A DNA stretch of 64,000 nt from assembly GCF_031286615.1 (NCBI RefSeq), contig NZ_JAITUA010000008.1. One strand, given 5' to 3'. This document shows, one piece after another, positions 15,408-23,673 of the stretch. A model generated the notes under the pieces. It did no database searches. It was not told the DNA's origin and was given only the letters and a program-made list of their open reading frames with translations. Numbering within the stretch: position 1 is the stretch's first letter; every line of letters starts with the position of its first letter. The translations under genes were made by a program, and so were the position numbers. The DNA comes from Chryseobacterium sp. (GTDB lineage Bacteria; Bacteroidota; Bacteroidia; Flavobacteriales; Weeksellaceae).

Positions 15408-16442
15408 ATGACTGAAAAATATAATATCCTGGAGCACATGAGAATGCGTCCTGGAATGTATGTTGGTTTTCTGAACCATTTTGGCTATAATGAATTAATA
15501 AGCTACTTCATTAAAGATTTTATCAGAGCTGACATCTATGATATTACTTTCACCCTGAAAAAAGATAATAGACTGGTTATGAAATGGACTAGTTATAAAA
15601 AAACGCTTTTTAATACAGAAATCATAAAAAAGATTAATCAGTATCAACAAGAACCATTTTATTTATCATTGGCTGGTATTATTGCACTGACAGAGTATTC
15701 TACGATTGAGATTAATGGTGTACCTATACTACAATCAGAAAAAGGAAACTTTGAAGTTTTGGACAGCATTAATTATATTAATGAAGAAGAGACCTGCAAT
15801 TGGACGATTGATTTCATTCCTGATCAAGATATTTTTAAAGGTTTGATATTGAGTTACCAAATTTTGAATGATTTGTTCAGAAGGTTTTCCTTTTTGGATT
15901 CAAATATGAAAATAAAAAGCATTGATGAATCTGAAGATGAACAACAGATCAATATTTTTCATTATCCAAATGGTTTAGCAGAGATTATAAATTATGAAGT
16001 GGAAAAGAGTTTGCTGTATGATTTCTATTTTTTTACATTGAATTTTCGAAAAAAAACAGAATATTCATATTCAGTAGCATTTGCCTTTGCAGATAATCAG
16101 ATCTTTAAACCTAAAATCAAGATATATGCAAATTATCAAGAAACCTTTCTGGGAGGATCTTTACTGGATGGAATTATGCAAGGATTCAAGATGTCTTTGA
16201 AAGAAGAAGCTGCAAAGAGAAATATGAAATTAAATATAAGTACAACAAGACTTAAAAAATACCTGTTGCTTTATGCTTCTGTACAAGGAGAACTTACATT
16301 TTTGGGTTCAACAAGATGGAAGCTTGGAACTCTGAAAGTGCAGACAGAAATTAAGAACTTTATGTATGAAGAGCTAAAACTTTATTTTGCCAATAATGAA
16401 GATAAGGTAATTCATATCCTACAAATTTTACGGGATGAATAG
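15408..16442 (+). CDS. GyrB/ParE N-terminal-like protein with a degenerate GHKL ATP site
   Basis: 'LEHMRMRPGMYVG' matches the GyrB N-terminal signature. The expected E..DN..DE N-box reads 'YFIKDFIRAD'. At 344 aa it has no Toprim or tail. Confidence 0.5.
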   Translation: MTEKYNILEHMRMRPGMYVGFLNHFGYNELISYFIKDFIRADIYDITFTLKKDNRLVMKWTSYKKTLFNTEIIKKINQYQQEPFYLSLAGIIALTEYSTIEINGVPILQSEKGNFEVLDSINYINEEETCNWTIDFIPDQDIFKGLILSYQILNDLFRRFSFLDSNMKIKSIDESEDEQQINIFHYPNGLAEIINYEVEKSLLYDFYFFTLNFRKKTEYSYSVAFAFADNQIFKPKIKIYANYQETFLGGSLLDGIMQGFKMSLKEEAAKRNMKLNISTTRLKKYLLLYASVQGELTFLGSTRWKLGTLKVQTEIKNFMYEELKLYFANNEDKVIHILQILRDE

Positions 16443-16444
16443 TA

Positions 16445-16474
16445 AAAGGCTCCCTTTAATATGGGAGCTTTTTG
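16445..16474. terminator. bidirectional terminator between convergent genes
   Basis: Hairpin AAAGGCTCCC-tttaatat-GGGAGCTTTTT. It overlaps the 3' end of the minus-strand hydrolase gene. Confidence 0.6.
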
Positions 16475-17355
16475 TTGATATTACTGAAAATACTTTCACT
16501 GATTGTATTATATAATTCCCTCGGAATATAATGTCCCATTCCCTCAATGAGGACAAACTCAGAAAAGGGAATAGAATCCGCAATATCTTTTCCACAGTCA
16601 GGGTGAAAGATCAGATCATCTGTTCCATGAACAATCAAAGCCGGAGCAGTTATTTTTTTCAACATATTAGGATCATACTGAAAAGAACCCATTGCCATAA
16701 GCTGCCGAATGATGCCGTTTTTTGTTCTGGAACGATGAAGCTCTTCTTCAAGCAAAACCTTTTCCCGATTCGGATCAAACAGATATTTTGAACCGGATAT
16801 TTTTTCTGCAAAATGAAGCTTCTCTCTGAAGTATTCTTCTCTATGAAGAAAAGGATCTGCAGATACCTTTGTCATCATGGCCATCACTTCAGGATCAGGC
16901 TTGGGAAGAGTAGGATTCAAAGAGGTAGACATAATGATCGTCAATGATAAAACCCTTTCCGGATAATATGAACCCAAAAGCTGTGCAATAATTCCTCCCA
17001 TGGAACGTCCTGCAATATGCGCTTTCTCAATCTTTAAATAATCCAGTAAACCAATAACATCATTCGCCATATCCATCAATGAATAAGGGATACCGTCCTT
17101 ACCCAATGCAGCGAAAGTTTCTTCAATCCCTTTACTAGAAGGAATTTCCTTCTTTGTGTTAAAAACAGAACTCCCTGAATCCCTGTTATCAAAACGAATC
17201 ACTTTGAAACCTTTTTCTACCAGAAAATCACAAAACTCCTTATTCCAACGGATCATCTGACTTCCTAAACCGGAGATCAGGACTAAATTTTGGGAATTTC
17301 CTTCACCAAAAATTTCGTAGCATAAGTCTATATCTTTTATGCGGATTGTTTTCAT
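16456..17355 (-). CDS. alpha/beta hydrolase
   Basis: Nucleophile elbow 'GRSMGG', 'HG..D' and 'GMGHY' C-terminal motifs. Confidence 0.85.
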   Translation of the reverse strand: MKTIRIKDIDLCYEIFGEGNSQNLVLISGLGSQMIRWNKEFCDFLVEKGFKVIRFDNRDSGSSVFNTKKEIPSSKGIEETFAALGKDGIPYSLMDMANDVIGLLDYLKIEKAHIAGRSMGGIIAQLLGSYYPERVLSLTIIMSTSLNPTLPKPDPEVMAMMTKVSADPFLHREEYFREKLHFAEKISGSKYLFDPNREKVLLEEELHRSRTKNGIIRQLMAMGSFQYDPNMLKKITAPALIVHGTDDLIFHPDCGKDIADSIPFSEFVLIEGMGHYIPRELYNTISESIFSNINKKLPY

Positions 17356-17360
17356 AAGGA

Positions 17361-17699
17361 TTAATATAATTCCAGGTTACCTTCTGAGATTAATTTCTGC
17401 TCAGCTTTCTGTATTTCCTGACGATAATTGACATACTCATTATTCTGATCAGGAACAATCATGGCAAATTCAAAAGTAAAAACATTACTTCCGGATTCAG
17501 TCCATTCTTTCTGTAATTGCGGATGGGTAAACGATCCACCATTTAAAAGAAATTTCATCTTATTTACCAGTGCTTCCAGATTTAAAGATGCCTGTATAAA
17601 CTTTTTCCCATTCAAAGTATTGGTGACAGCAAGAACTCCCATGGTTGTTTTGTGATCCTTTGCCTTTTCCCTAAGCTGTTTTTTTAATGTATTTTTCAT
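17361..17699 (-). CDS. small GIY-YIG-like domain protein
   Basis: 'GVLAVTNTLNGKKFIQAS.NL....NK' resembles GIY-(x10)-YIG spacing, with substitutions. Confidence 0.4.
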   Translation of the reverse strand: MKNTLKKQLREKAKDHKTTMGVLAVTNTLNGKKFIQASLNLEALVNKMKFLLNGGSFTHPQLQKEWTESGSNVFTFEFAMIVPDQNNEYVNYRQEIQKAEQKLISEGNLELY

Positions 17700-17706
17700 G
17701 CTTTCA

Positions 17707-18132
17707 TTATTGTATATTTCCTCCTAAATCCAATAGAAATTCAGTTACTGTCTTTAAAGATTTACCCTTTTTAGAAGGAATAATCTCTTTGGTAAGATGC
17801 TCTGCACTTAATTTAGCTTCTTCAAATATCTTTTTACCATTGGGAGTAATGACCACATAGCTTACACGGGCATCCCTTTCATTGGTTTCTCTGGCTACCA
17901 GTCCTATTTTTTCCAACGGGTTCAGTAATCGTGTTACCCCAGATGCCGTAAGACCGATTTTTTCAGCAAGATCTATTCTTCGCATCCTGCTCTCAGAAGA
18001 AGAATTCAGAACATAAAGAATAACAAAGTCATTGAATCCCAGGCCATGAACGCTCAGGGAATCAAATTTTCTCGCAATTACAGACTGCAGTTTATTGATA
18101 TTTAATAAAAATAATAATTCGGTGCTTATCAT
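17707..18132 (-). CDS. MarR-family transcriptional regulator
   Basis: Winged-helix region 'RMRRIDLAEKIGLTASGVTRLLNPLEKIGLVARE..ERDARV'. Confidence 0.85.
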   Translation of the reverse strand: MISTELLFLLNINKLQSVIARKFDSLSVHGLGFNDFVILYVLNSSSESRMRRIDLAEKIGLTASGVTRLLNPLEKIGLVARETNERDARVSYVVITPNGKKIFEEAKLSAEHLTKEIIPSKKGKSLKTVTEFLLDLGGNIQ

Positions 18133-18490
18133 TGAAAAGTATTTGAGTTGTCAAGTATTTTTATTTTGCAAATATATAAAATTTAACGAATTGCAATCCT
18201 GATTTTTATATTTTAAATAAAATTAACGTATCTGTACAATAGAATGGTTTTAACATAAAGGATCACAAATTTTAAAATTAAGACACTAAATAATGTGTAA
18301 ATATCAAAGTAGAGAGTATTTAGCTACTTTTCCACTAATATATCTTTAAACAGGGAATTGTTTTTATGTGGCTAAAGTGATACTATCAGTTGCTTTATTA
18401 ACTTAATATTTTGTTAAAAAATTCACTTTAATGGGATAATTTACTGTCTGTCAGTCATTTTTTTTTATTTTAGCTGATAAGAATGAATTT

Positions 18491-18604
18491 ATGCTTATTG
18501 ATGAGGGTTTTAAGAGAAAATATTTAAACTGTAAAATAAAGGAGATGGTTCCTTTTCTTAAAAAGCTTACACCAAAAGATAAAAAAGAAGTCGTTACTCA
18601 ATAA
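18491..18604 (+). pseudogene. 37-codon remnant resembling the N-terminus of the following 898-aa protein
   Basis: '..KEMVPFLKKLTPKDKKEVV' versus the downstream 'IHEIIPFLKELSNEERKTLV'. It ends 35 nt before the real start. Confidence 0.35.
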
Positions 18605-18638
18605 CCTGAAACAAATTTATACATCAAATTAGAAGCAC

Positions 18639-21335
18639 ATGAAAGAAAGACTTTATGAGATCCTTAATGAGGAAAAGATACATGAGATTATCCCCTTTCT
18701 AAAAGAGCTTAGTAATGAAGAAAGGAAAACACTGGTGCCATCTATAAAGAAAATGGACAGGGAGATCAGTAAAATTGTAATGACTAAAAACTCCTACCAT
18801 ACGGCAGGATCTGTGAATCAGCATTCCATTATTGATATTGCTTCATTTGTCTGCATGGACAAAAAGAATTTCGGTAAAAATTACTGGAGTCTTTTCCGTA
18901 ACGCCGAACAGACCGAACAGATTCTGGAATGGGGCTGCCCGGAATGGTTTTCAGACTTTATCAATGAATCTGTAGAAGCTGAATTTACAGCATTTAACTA
19001 TAAAGATATTTTAGGATGGACAGAAAAGGGCTATATACAACCGAAACCGGAACTGCTGGGACATCATCTGAGCAATTATCCGGCTGAACTGGACCGCCAT
19101 CCCGAAACTCTTAATACACACTTTTGGTATTTATGTGAATATCCTTCCAAATCTTTACCCTTCCGTAAAGAATGGTTTCCAATTGTTCAGAAGCTGATCG
19201 CAGAAAAAAAGATTGAAAGGAAAAGATTTTTGAAAGAATGCCTTCTGGCTTCCAATAGAAATTTTAATAAAAATGTCACAGGTTGGTTTATGGATGCATT
19301 TACTTCATTAAAGCCAACCGAGGAAGAGCTGTCTGAGCTGCAGGATGAATTGCTTGCGGGGCTGGCTTCCTCACAGTCAAAAGCTGTAAATACCATATTA
19401 TCACATTTGAAAAAAATAGTGGGAGTTCCTGATTTTAAAAATGATGAATTTTCCCATTATCTTCCGAATCTGTTGAGCTCGGAAGTAAAAACAGTGGTTG
19501 TATCCAGTCTGGTACTGACTGAAAAAATATTCCAGAGAAAGAAAATAGATCCCGAAATGTTGGGAATGGCTTTAAGTACGGCATTTGTCAGCAAAGATGA
19601 TGGCATACAGTCAAAAGCTGCAAAGATCATTCTTAAATATATTCCGGCTTCAGAAAATATGATAGAGGCACTTTCCCATTATTCAGACAATATACTGACC
19701 AATGTACGTCCTCTTCTTGTAAAATATATTGAAGAAACACAGCCTGAACTGGTGGCAATCGCTTCAGAAAAATTATCTCTGACTACAGAAGAAAATGCAG
19801 TGAAAGTACTTCAGAACTTTGAAGATCTGATGTTTTATCTTCCTTTAGCGATGGATGATCCGTACAGCCATCATTGTGATATTGCTTTGGCTGGATTTAT
19901 CCGCTTTGCCGGAGATGTAAATACGGAATCCGTGAAATTAATAGAACCGGTATTTTTGAAAGCATGTAAAACAATTGCGAAATGGGAAGTTCCCTATCTG
20001 AATGTTTTACTGTGTAATGCTATTATTAATTATGGTTTGGATTTACTGGAAAAATACTCGGTTCAGCTTAAAAACCTGGAAAAAATTTACCATAAGACCA
20101 AAGAAGAGGAAGCAGCAAGAGAATCTTACTCCAATTATCAGAAAAAATTGGGACCGATTGAAAATGTCGGAGCAGATTGTCCTGCAAGAATGGCGTTTAA
20201 GGAGCTGGCTATCTATGCTTATGAAAAAATAAAATCAGGTGATAAGATCCCGTTATTGTTCACGGTTACCCATGCTCCATGTTGGATTTCCCCAGTAACG
20301 TTGGTAGAAAGATTGGAAAGCTATCAGAATAATAATGTTGAACCCCATCATCTGGATATTCAGCTGGCATTGCAGCGTTGTGCTTTAGACAATACTTCAG
20401 AAGCGATCATTGAAGTTGAAAAAAGATTAAAAGGAGAATATAAAGAACTGTTACTTTTCTTCTTTGGCAAAAAAGCTAAGCCGGAAGGAAAATTTGAACA
20501 TCCTTCATGGTGGATGACTGCAGGAATTACCCGTTCGCCGGAAACCGTATTTGAAGAATTCAGCGGTTTCGGGTATGATGATATTCCTTTAGAATTCTTT
20601 TCCGGAGCTTACAAATGGAAGACCATCGATAATAAGAAAAACTCATATTATCCTGTAGAGCTGAAGATTGTGATTCCTAAATATCATCTTGCAAAAAGGG
20701 AAGCACCTTTATTCGTGGAATATTTCGTTGCCGAACAGAAAGAGCTTACCGAAATTCCTGCATTGATGCTATGTTTTCCGAATACTCCGGCAAATGCTTT
20801 GGCAAAAGTAATCAAGCATTGTCTTTTCTTTTCAGGAATAGCCGAAGTCTATGAAAGAAGTCTGGTTTTGAATACAGCGAATGCACTTTATCAGATCAAA
20901 AACCCATTAGACGAAATCGGGTATCTGTTCTTAGGAACTATTTTCCTGGACAGCGATAAAACCATTCGTGGTACAGCAGCTGAAATATGGCTGGAGCATG
21001 TTTCTTCTCAAACGATGGATAATGCGTGGTTAGGAAGGGTGATCGGTCTGCATGAAAAACTGGAATGGGCACCCGTAAAAAGATTAACAGATCTTATGCA
21101 GCATCATATGCTGAATGTCAGTAAGAATCATAATATTGCCCTGGAAGAATTGATTTCCAATATATTGCTTCAAATGGAAACACCGGTTACCAATCTGAAA
21201 AAGATTCTGGAAATCTACCATGAAGTATTGGCTTTGAATCACTCAGAAGCTCATAATGAAATAATAGGGAAATTAAATAGCTGGAAAGAAAATTCGAGTC
21301 TGAAAAAGATCTGTGGCCTTCTTCTGAAGAAATAG
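18639..21335 (+). CDS. large alpha-helical repeat protein (DUF6493-like?)
   Basis: 898 aa, leucine-rich and predicted helical throughout. The stop lies 2 nt before the SWIM gene start. The family name is my recollection only. Confidence 0.5.
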   Translation: MKERLYEILNEEKIHEIIPFLKELSNEERKTLVPSIKKMDREISKIVMTKNSYHTAGSVNQHSIIDIASFVCMDKKNFGKNYWSLFRNAEQTEQILEWGCPEWFSDFINESVEAEFTAFNYKDILGWTEKGYIQPKPELLGHHLSNYPAELDRHPETLNTHFWYLCEYPSKSLPFRKEWFPIVQKLIAEKKIERKRFLKECLLASNRNFNKNVTGWFMDAFTSLKPTEEELSELQDELLAGLASSQSKAVNTILSHLKKIVGVPDFKNDEFSHYLPNLLSSEVKTVVVSSLVLTEKIFQRKKIDPEMLGMALSTAFVSKDDGIQSKAAKIILKYIPASENMIEALSHYSDNILTNVRPLLVKYIEETQPELVAIASEKLSLTTEENAVKVLQNFEDLMFYLPLAMDDPYSHHCDIALAGFIRFAGDVNTESVKLIEPVFLKACKTIAKWEVPYLNVLLCNAIINYGLDLLEKYSVQLKNLEKIYHKTKEEEAARESYSNYQKKLGPIENVGADCPARMAFKELAIYAYEKIKSGDKIPLLFTVTHAPCWISPVTLVERLESYQNNNVEPHHLDIQLALQRCALDNTSEAIIEVEKRLKGEYKELLLFFFGKKAKPEGKFEHPSWWMTAGITRSPETVFEEFSGFGYDDIPLEFFSGAYKWKTIDNKKNSYYPVELKIVIPKYHLAKREAPLFVEYFVAEQKELTEIPALMLCFPNTPANALAKVIKHCLFFSGIAEVYERSLVLNTANALYQIKNPLDEIGYLFLGTIFLDSDKTIRGTAAEIWLEHVSSQTMDNAWLGRVIGLHEKLEWAPVKRLTDLMQHHMLNVSKNHNIALEELISNILLQMETPVTNLKKILEIYHEVLALNHSEAHNEIIGKLNSWKENSSLKKICGLLLKK

Positions 21336-21337
21336 AT

Positions 21338-22681
21338 ATGGAAGGTACGCTTATTTACAACTATTCAGGAGCATCCTCTTTAGTAAGGAGAGGTGCACTT
21401 GAAGAATTGTTTCTCGCTAAATACAGTGAGATACATAAAAATACTGATGCACCATGTTTTTTCTGGGGAAACGTTGGGCAGCCTTTTATTCTGGCACGTT
21501 GTCTGATTACACTGTCCAATATTGTAAAATCAAGTTTTAACCTGTCTCCGTTTCAAATGGCGCTTCTTAAAGATCCGATCGTAACAGCCGGAAATAATAG
21601 ATTACGCTTTGAAGGTTTTTCTCACTGCGCTGGAGTTTACGCAAGAGTTGACGTACTGCCTGAAGGTCTGGAAGGAGAATTTCTTGAAAACGGAACTACA
21701 AATGTAGACTTCAATCAACCAATGATAACTGCGCTGGGAAGCATTCGCCCAAATGAAAAAATCATGCTTTCAGTGGGGAAAAAAGAAGTAGGGCTTTATA
21801 AAGAAGAAGAGAAAATACTAGAAAGAAAAGTTCCTTTACCTGCAAAATGGATTAAAGGATTGGGAACGGTTCAGGTATATTTATCGGAATCCGAAAAACG
21901 CTATACTTTTAATAAAATTCAGACCCAGCAATTATTCCGGGGGATGCCGAAAGGAGTGGTAAAGTCTGATTATTATTTGATTGTGAGAGGAAATAAACCC
22001 GTCTTTTCTCCGGTAAAATCCATGGATGCTGTTTGTATAGGCGGGCTTCACAGGCTTCGTCTTTTAGAACCTCTGCTTCCTTATATTGATTATATGCAGG
22101 TTTTTTCACATTCTAATATGCAGTCTGCAACATGTCAGCTTTATATGGGACCTATCAGATTTAGTTTTTCTTTGTCAAGAGAGTGTTGGAGGGGGTTCTC
22201 AGGAGAAGGAGCAGTCTTGGAAAACCTGATTTCTGAAATTTCTGATGAGTGGATCGATGCTTTGGATAAGTATGCTTATGCCAATCAATCCTTTAATCCA
22301 GACCTGCTTGCTCTGGAAGAAAATCTGAGTTTCAGCAAAACTGATACTATTACAGGAAGGCTTGCAGCAATGGGATTATTGGGGTATGATCTTGATGATC
22401 AAGAATTTTTCTACCGTAGGCTTCCTTTTAAATTAAGTCGTATTATCGGACTCAATCCCCGTATAAAGAATGCCAATAAGTTAATAGAAGACGGAAAAGT
22501 AGAAATTTTAAATAACAATAAAGAAAGAACAGAAGCCAGAGTAGAGGGAACTGGTGTGCACCATACGGTAATCATTGAAGAAGAAAAAGAGCGCTGTACC
22601 TGCGAGTGGTTCAGTAAATATCAGGGTGAAAGAGGTCCCTGTAAACATGTGCTGGCAGTAAAGAAACTGGTAAACAGTTAA
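21338..22681 (+). CDS. SWIM zinc-finger protein
   Basis: C-terminal 'CTCEWFSKYQGERGPCKHVLAV' gives CxC-x(n)-CxH. Confidence 0.8.
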   Translation: MEGTLIYNYSGASSLVRRGALEELFLAKYSEIHKNTDAPCFFWGNVGQPFILARCLITLSNIVKSSFNLSPFQMALLKDPIVTAGNNRLRFEGFSHCAGVYARVDVLPEGLEGEFLENGTTNVDFNQPMITALGSIRPNEKIMLSVGKKEVGLYKEEEKILERKVPLPAKWIKGLGTVQVYLSESEKRYTFNKIQTQQLFRGMPKGVVKSDYYLIVRGNKPVFSPVKSMDAVCIGGLHRLRLLEPLLPYIDYMQVFSHSNMQSATCQLYMGPIRFSFSLSRECWRGFSGEGAVLENLISEISDEWIDALDKYAYANQSFNPDLLALEENLSFSKTDTITGRLAAMGLLGYDLDDQEFFYRRLPFKLSRIIGLNPRIKNANKLIEDGKVEILNNNKERTEARVEGTGVHHTVIIEEEKERCTCEWFSKYQGERGPCKHVLAVKKLVNS

Positions 22682-22788
22682 AACTTTTTCTACCTTATTT
22701 TATTATTTTGCTGACAGTCGCAGGGACGCAAAAATTTTTTTTGATTTTCTTGCGCCTCTGTATTACATCAGTATCTAACAGTTTTATA

Positions 22789-23241
22789 TCAATTTTTTAC
22801 CGAGTTCATCCATTCCTCATAGCTAAGCACACCTAATTCCGGTTTGCTTTCTCCCTCAAGAATAGAGATGAACTCAAGCTGATTTCCATCCGGATCATTA
22901 AAATAAATGGCCAGTGCAGGCATCCACGCAAATACCATTGGCTCAACACTTCCATTTTTTAGGAAATTATATGGCTTTAAATCTTTATTTTCTAAAAACT
23001 CCACTGAATAGTTTAAAATATCTTCTTTACTGCTGGAAAAAGCAAAATGTCTGGTCTGAAGATTCTCCTTTTGCTCCCATAATCCTAACATAAATTCTTT
23101 CCCTTCTCCAACCCATAAAAAAGCAATAGGTCGGGTTTCGTCTCTGTGAGCCATTTTTAAGCCTAGCACTTCTGTATAAAATTGAATTGCATTTTCCAGA
23201 TTGCTTACCTGAACGTGAGTCTCATATATCCCTTTAATCAT
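22789..23241 (-). CDS. VOC (glyoxalase/bleomycin-resistance) family protein
   Basis: 'HVQVSNLENAIQFYTEVLGL' and 'DPDGNQLEF' are paired beta-alpha-beta-beta-beta module motifs. Confidence 0.8.
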   Translation of the reverse strand: MIKGIYETHVQVSNLENAIQFYTEVLGLKMAHRDETRPIAFLWVGEGKEFMLGLWEQKENLQTRHFAFSSSKEDILNYSVEFLENKDLKPYNFLKNGSVEPMVFAWMPALAIYFNDPDGNQLEFISILEGESKPELGVLSYEEWMNSVKN

Positions 23242-23577
23242 AGCTTAATTTTAATAACAAAACTAGAAAACCCTTCCCGAAAAACTTAGAATAGGTGATT
23301 TCTTTAATTGAAATGAATGATAGAAGGATTTTATAATGATGAATGATAAGTTATAAATGATGAATACAATCGTAATATTTCAAACATAGTGTAACTCTAT
23401 GAAATCGGGTTGAAATAATTTTCATATAGTATTCAATAGGAGTGGGCTATTATCCTGAGCGTAGACGAAGGGAGCCCGCCTTATAAATACTCCATTTATA
23501 CGGCTTTAGCCAAAACTTAAAATCTACGTAACCTCTATTCACAATAAAAAATTAGAAAAATTCTAAGAAAAATTTTC

Positions 23578-23613
23578 TACGCAAAAAGGTTGCGCAATAC
23601 TGTTTTTACTTTG
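23578..23613 (+). promoter_or_regulatory. P(rsr): 19-mer TACGCAAAAAGGTTGCGCA, N9, then the -7-like box TTACTTTG
   Basis: The same 19-mer/N9/8-mer architecture occurs at 26791 and 27011. It lies about 60 nt upstream of the ATG at 23674. Confidence 0.55.
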
Positions 23614-23673
23614 CATCAGAAATCAGAGAGGAAGTATCAATTCTTCCCAATGTTTAACAAAAAAACAGTAACC

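Noticed and set aside
5728-16442. Prophage origin of the tRNA array and RNA-repair genes.
   Set aside because: No integrase, terminase, capsid or tail genes occur anywhere in the window. A phage-derived ancestry remains possible, but a resident prophage is not supported.
23578-23596. Sigma-54 (-24/-12) reading of the ..ACG..TTGCG.. 19-mer, since Salmonella rsr-yrlBA-rtcBA is sigma-54/RtcR dependent.
   Set aside because: There is no GG-N10-GC pattern with TGGCAC-N5-TTGC spacing. There are 8 nt between ACG and TTGC. No RtcR or RtcB gene is present in the window.
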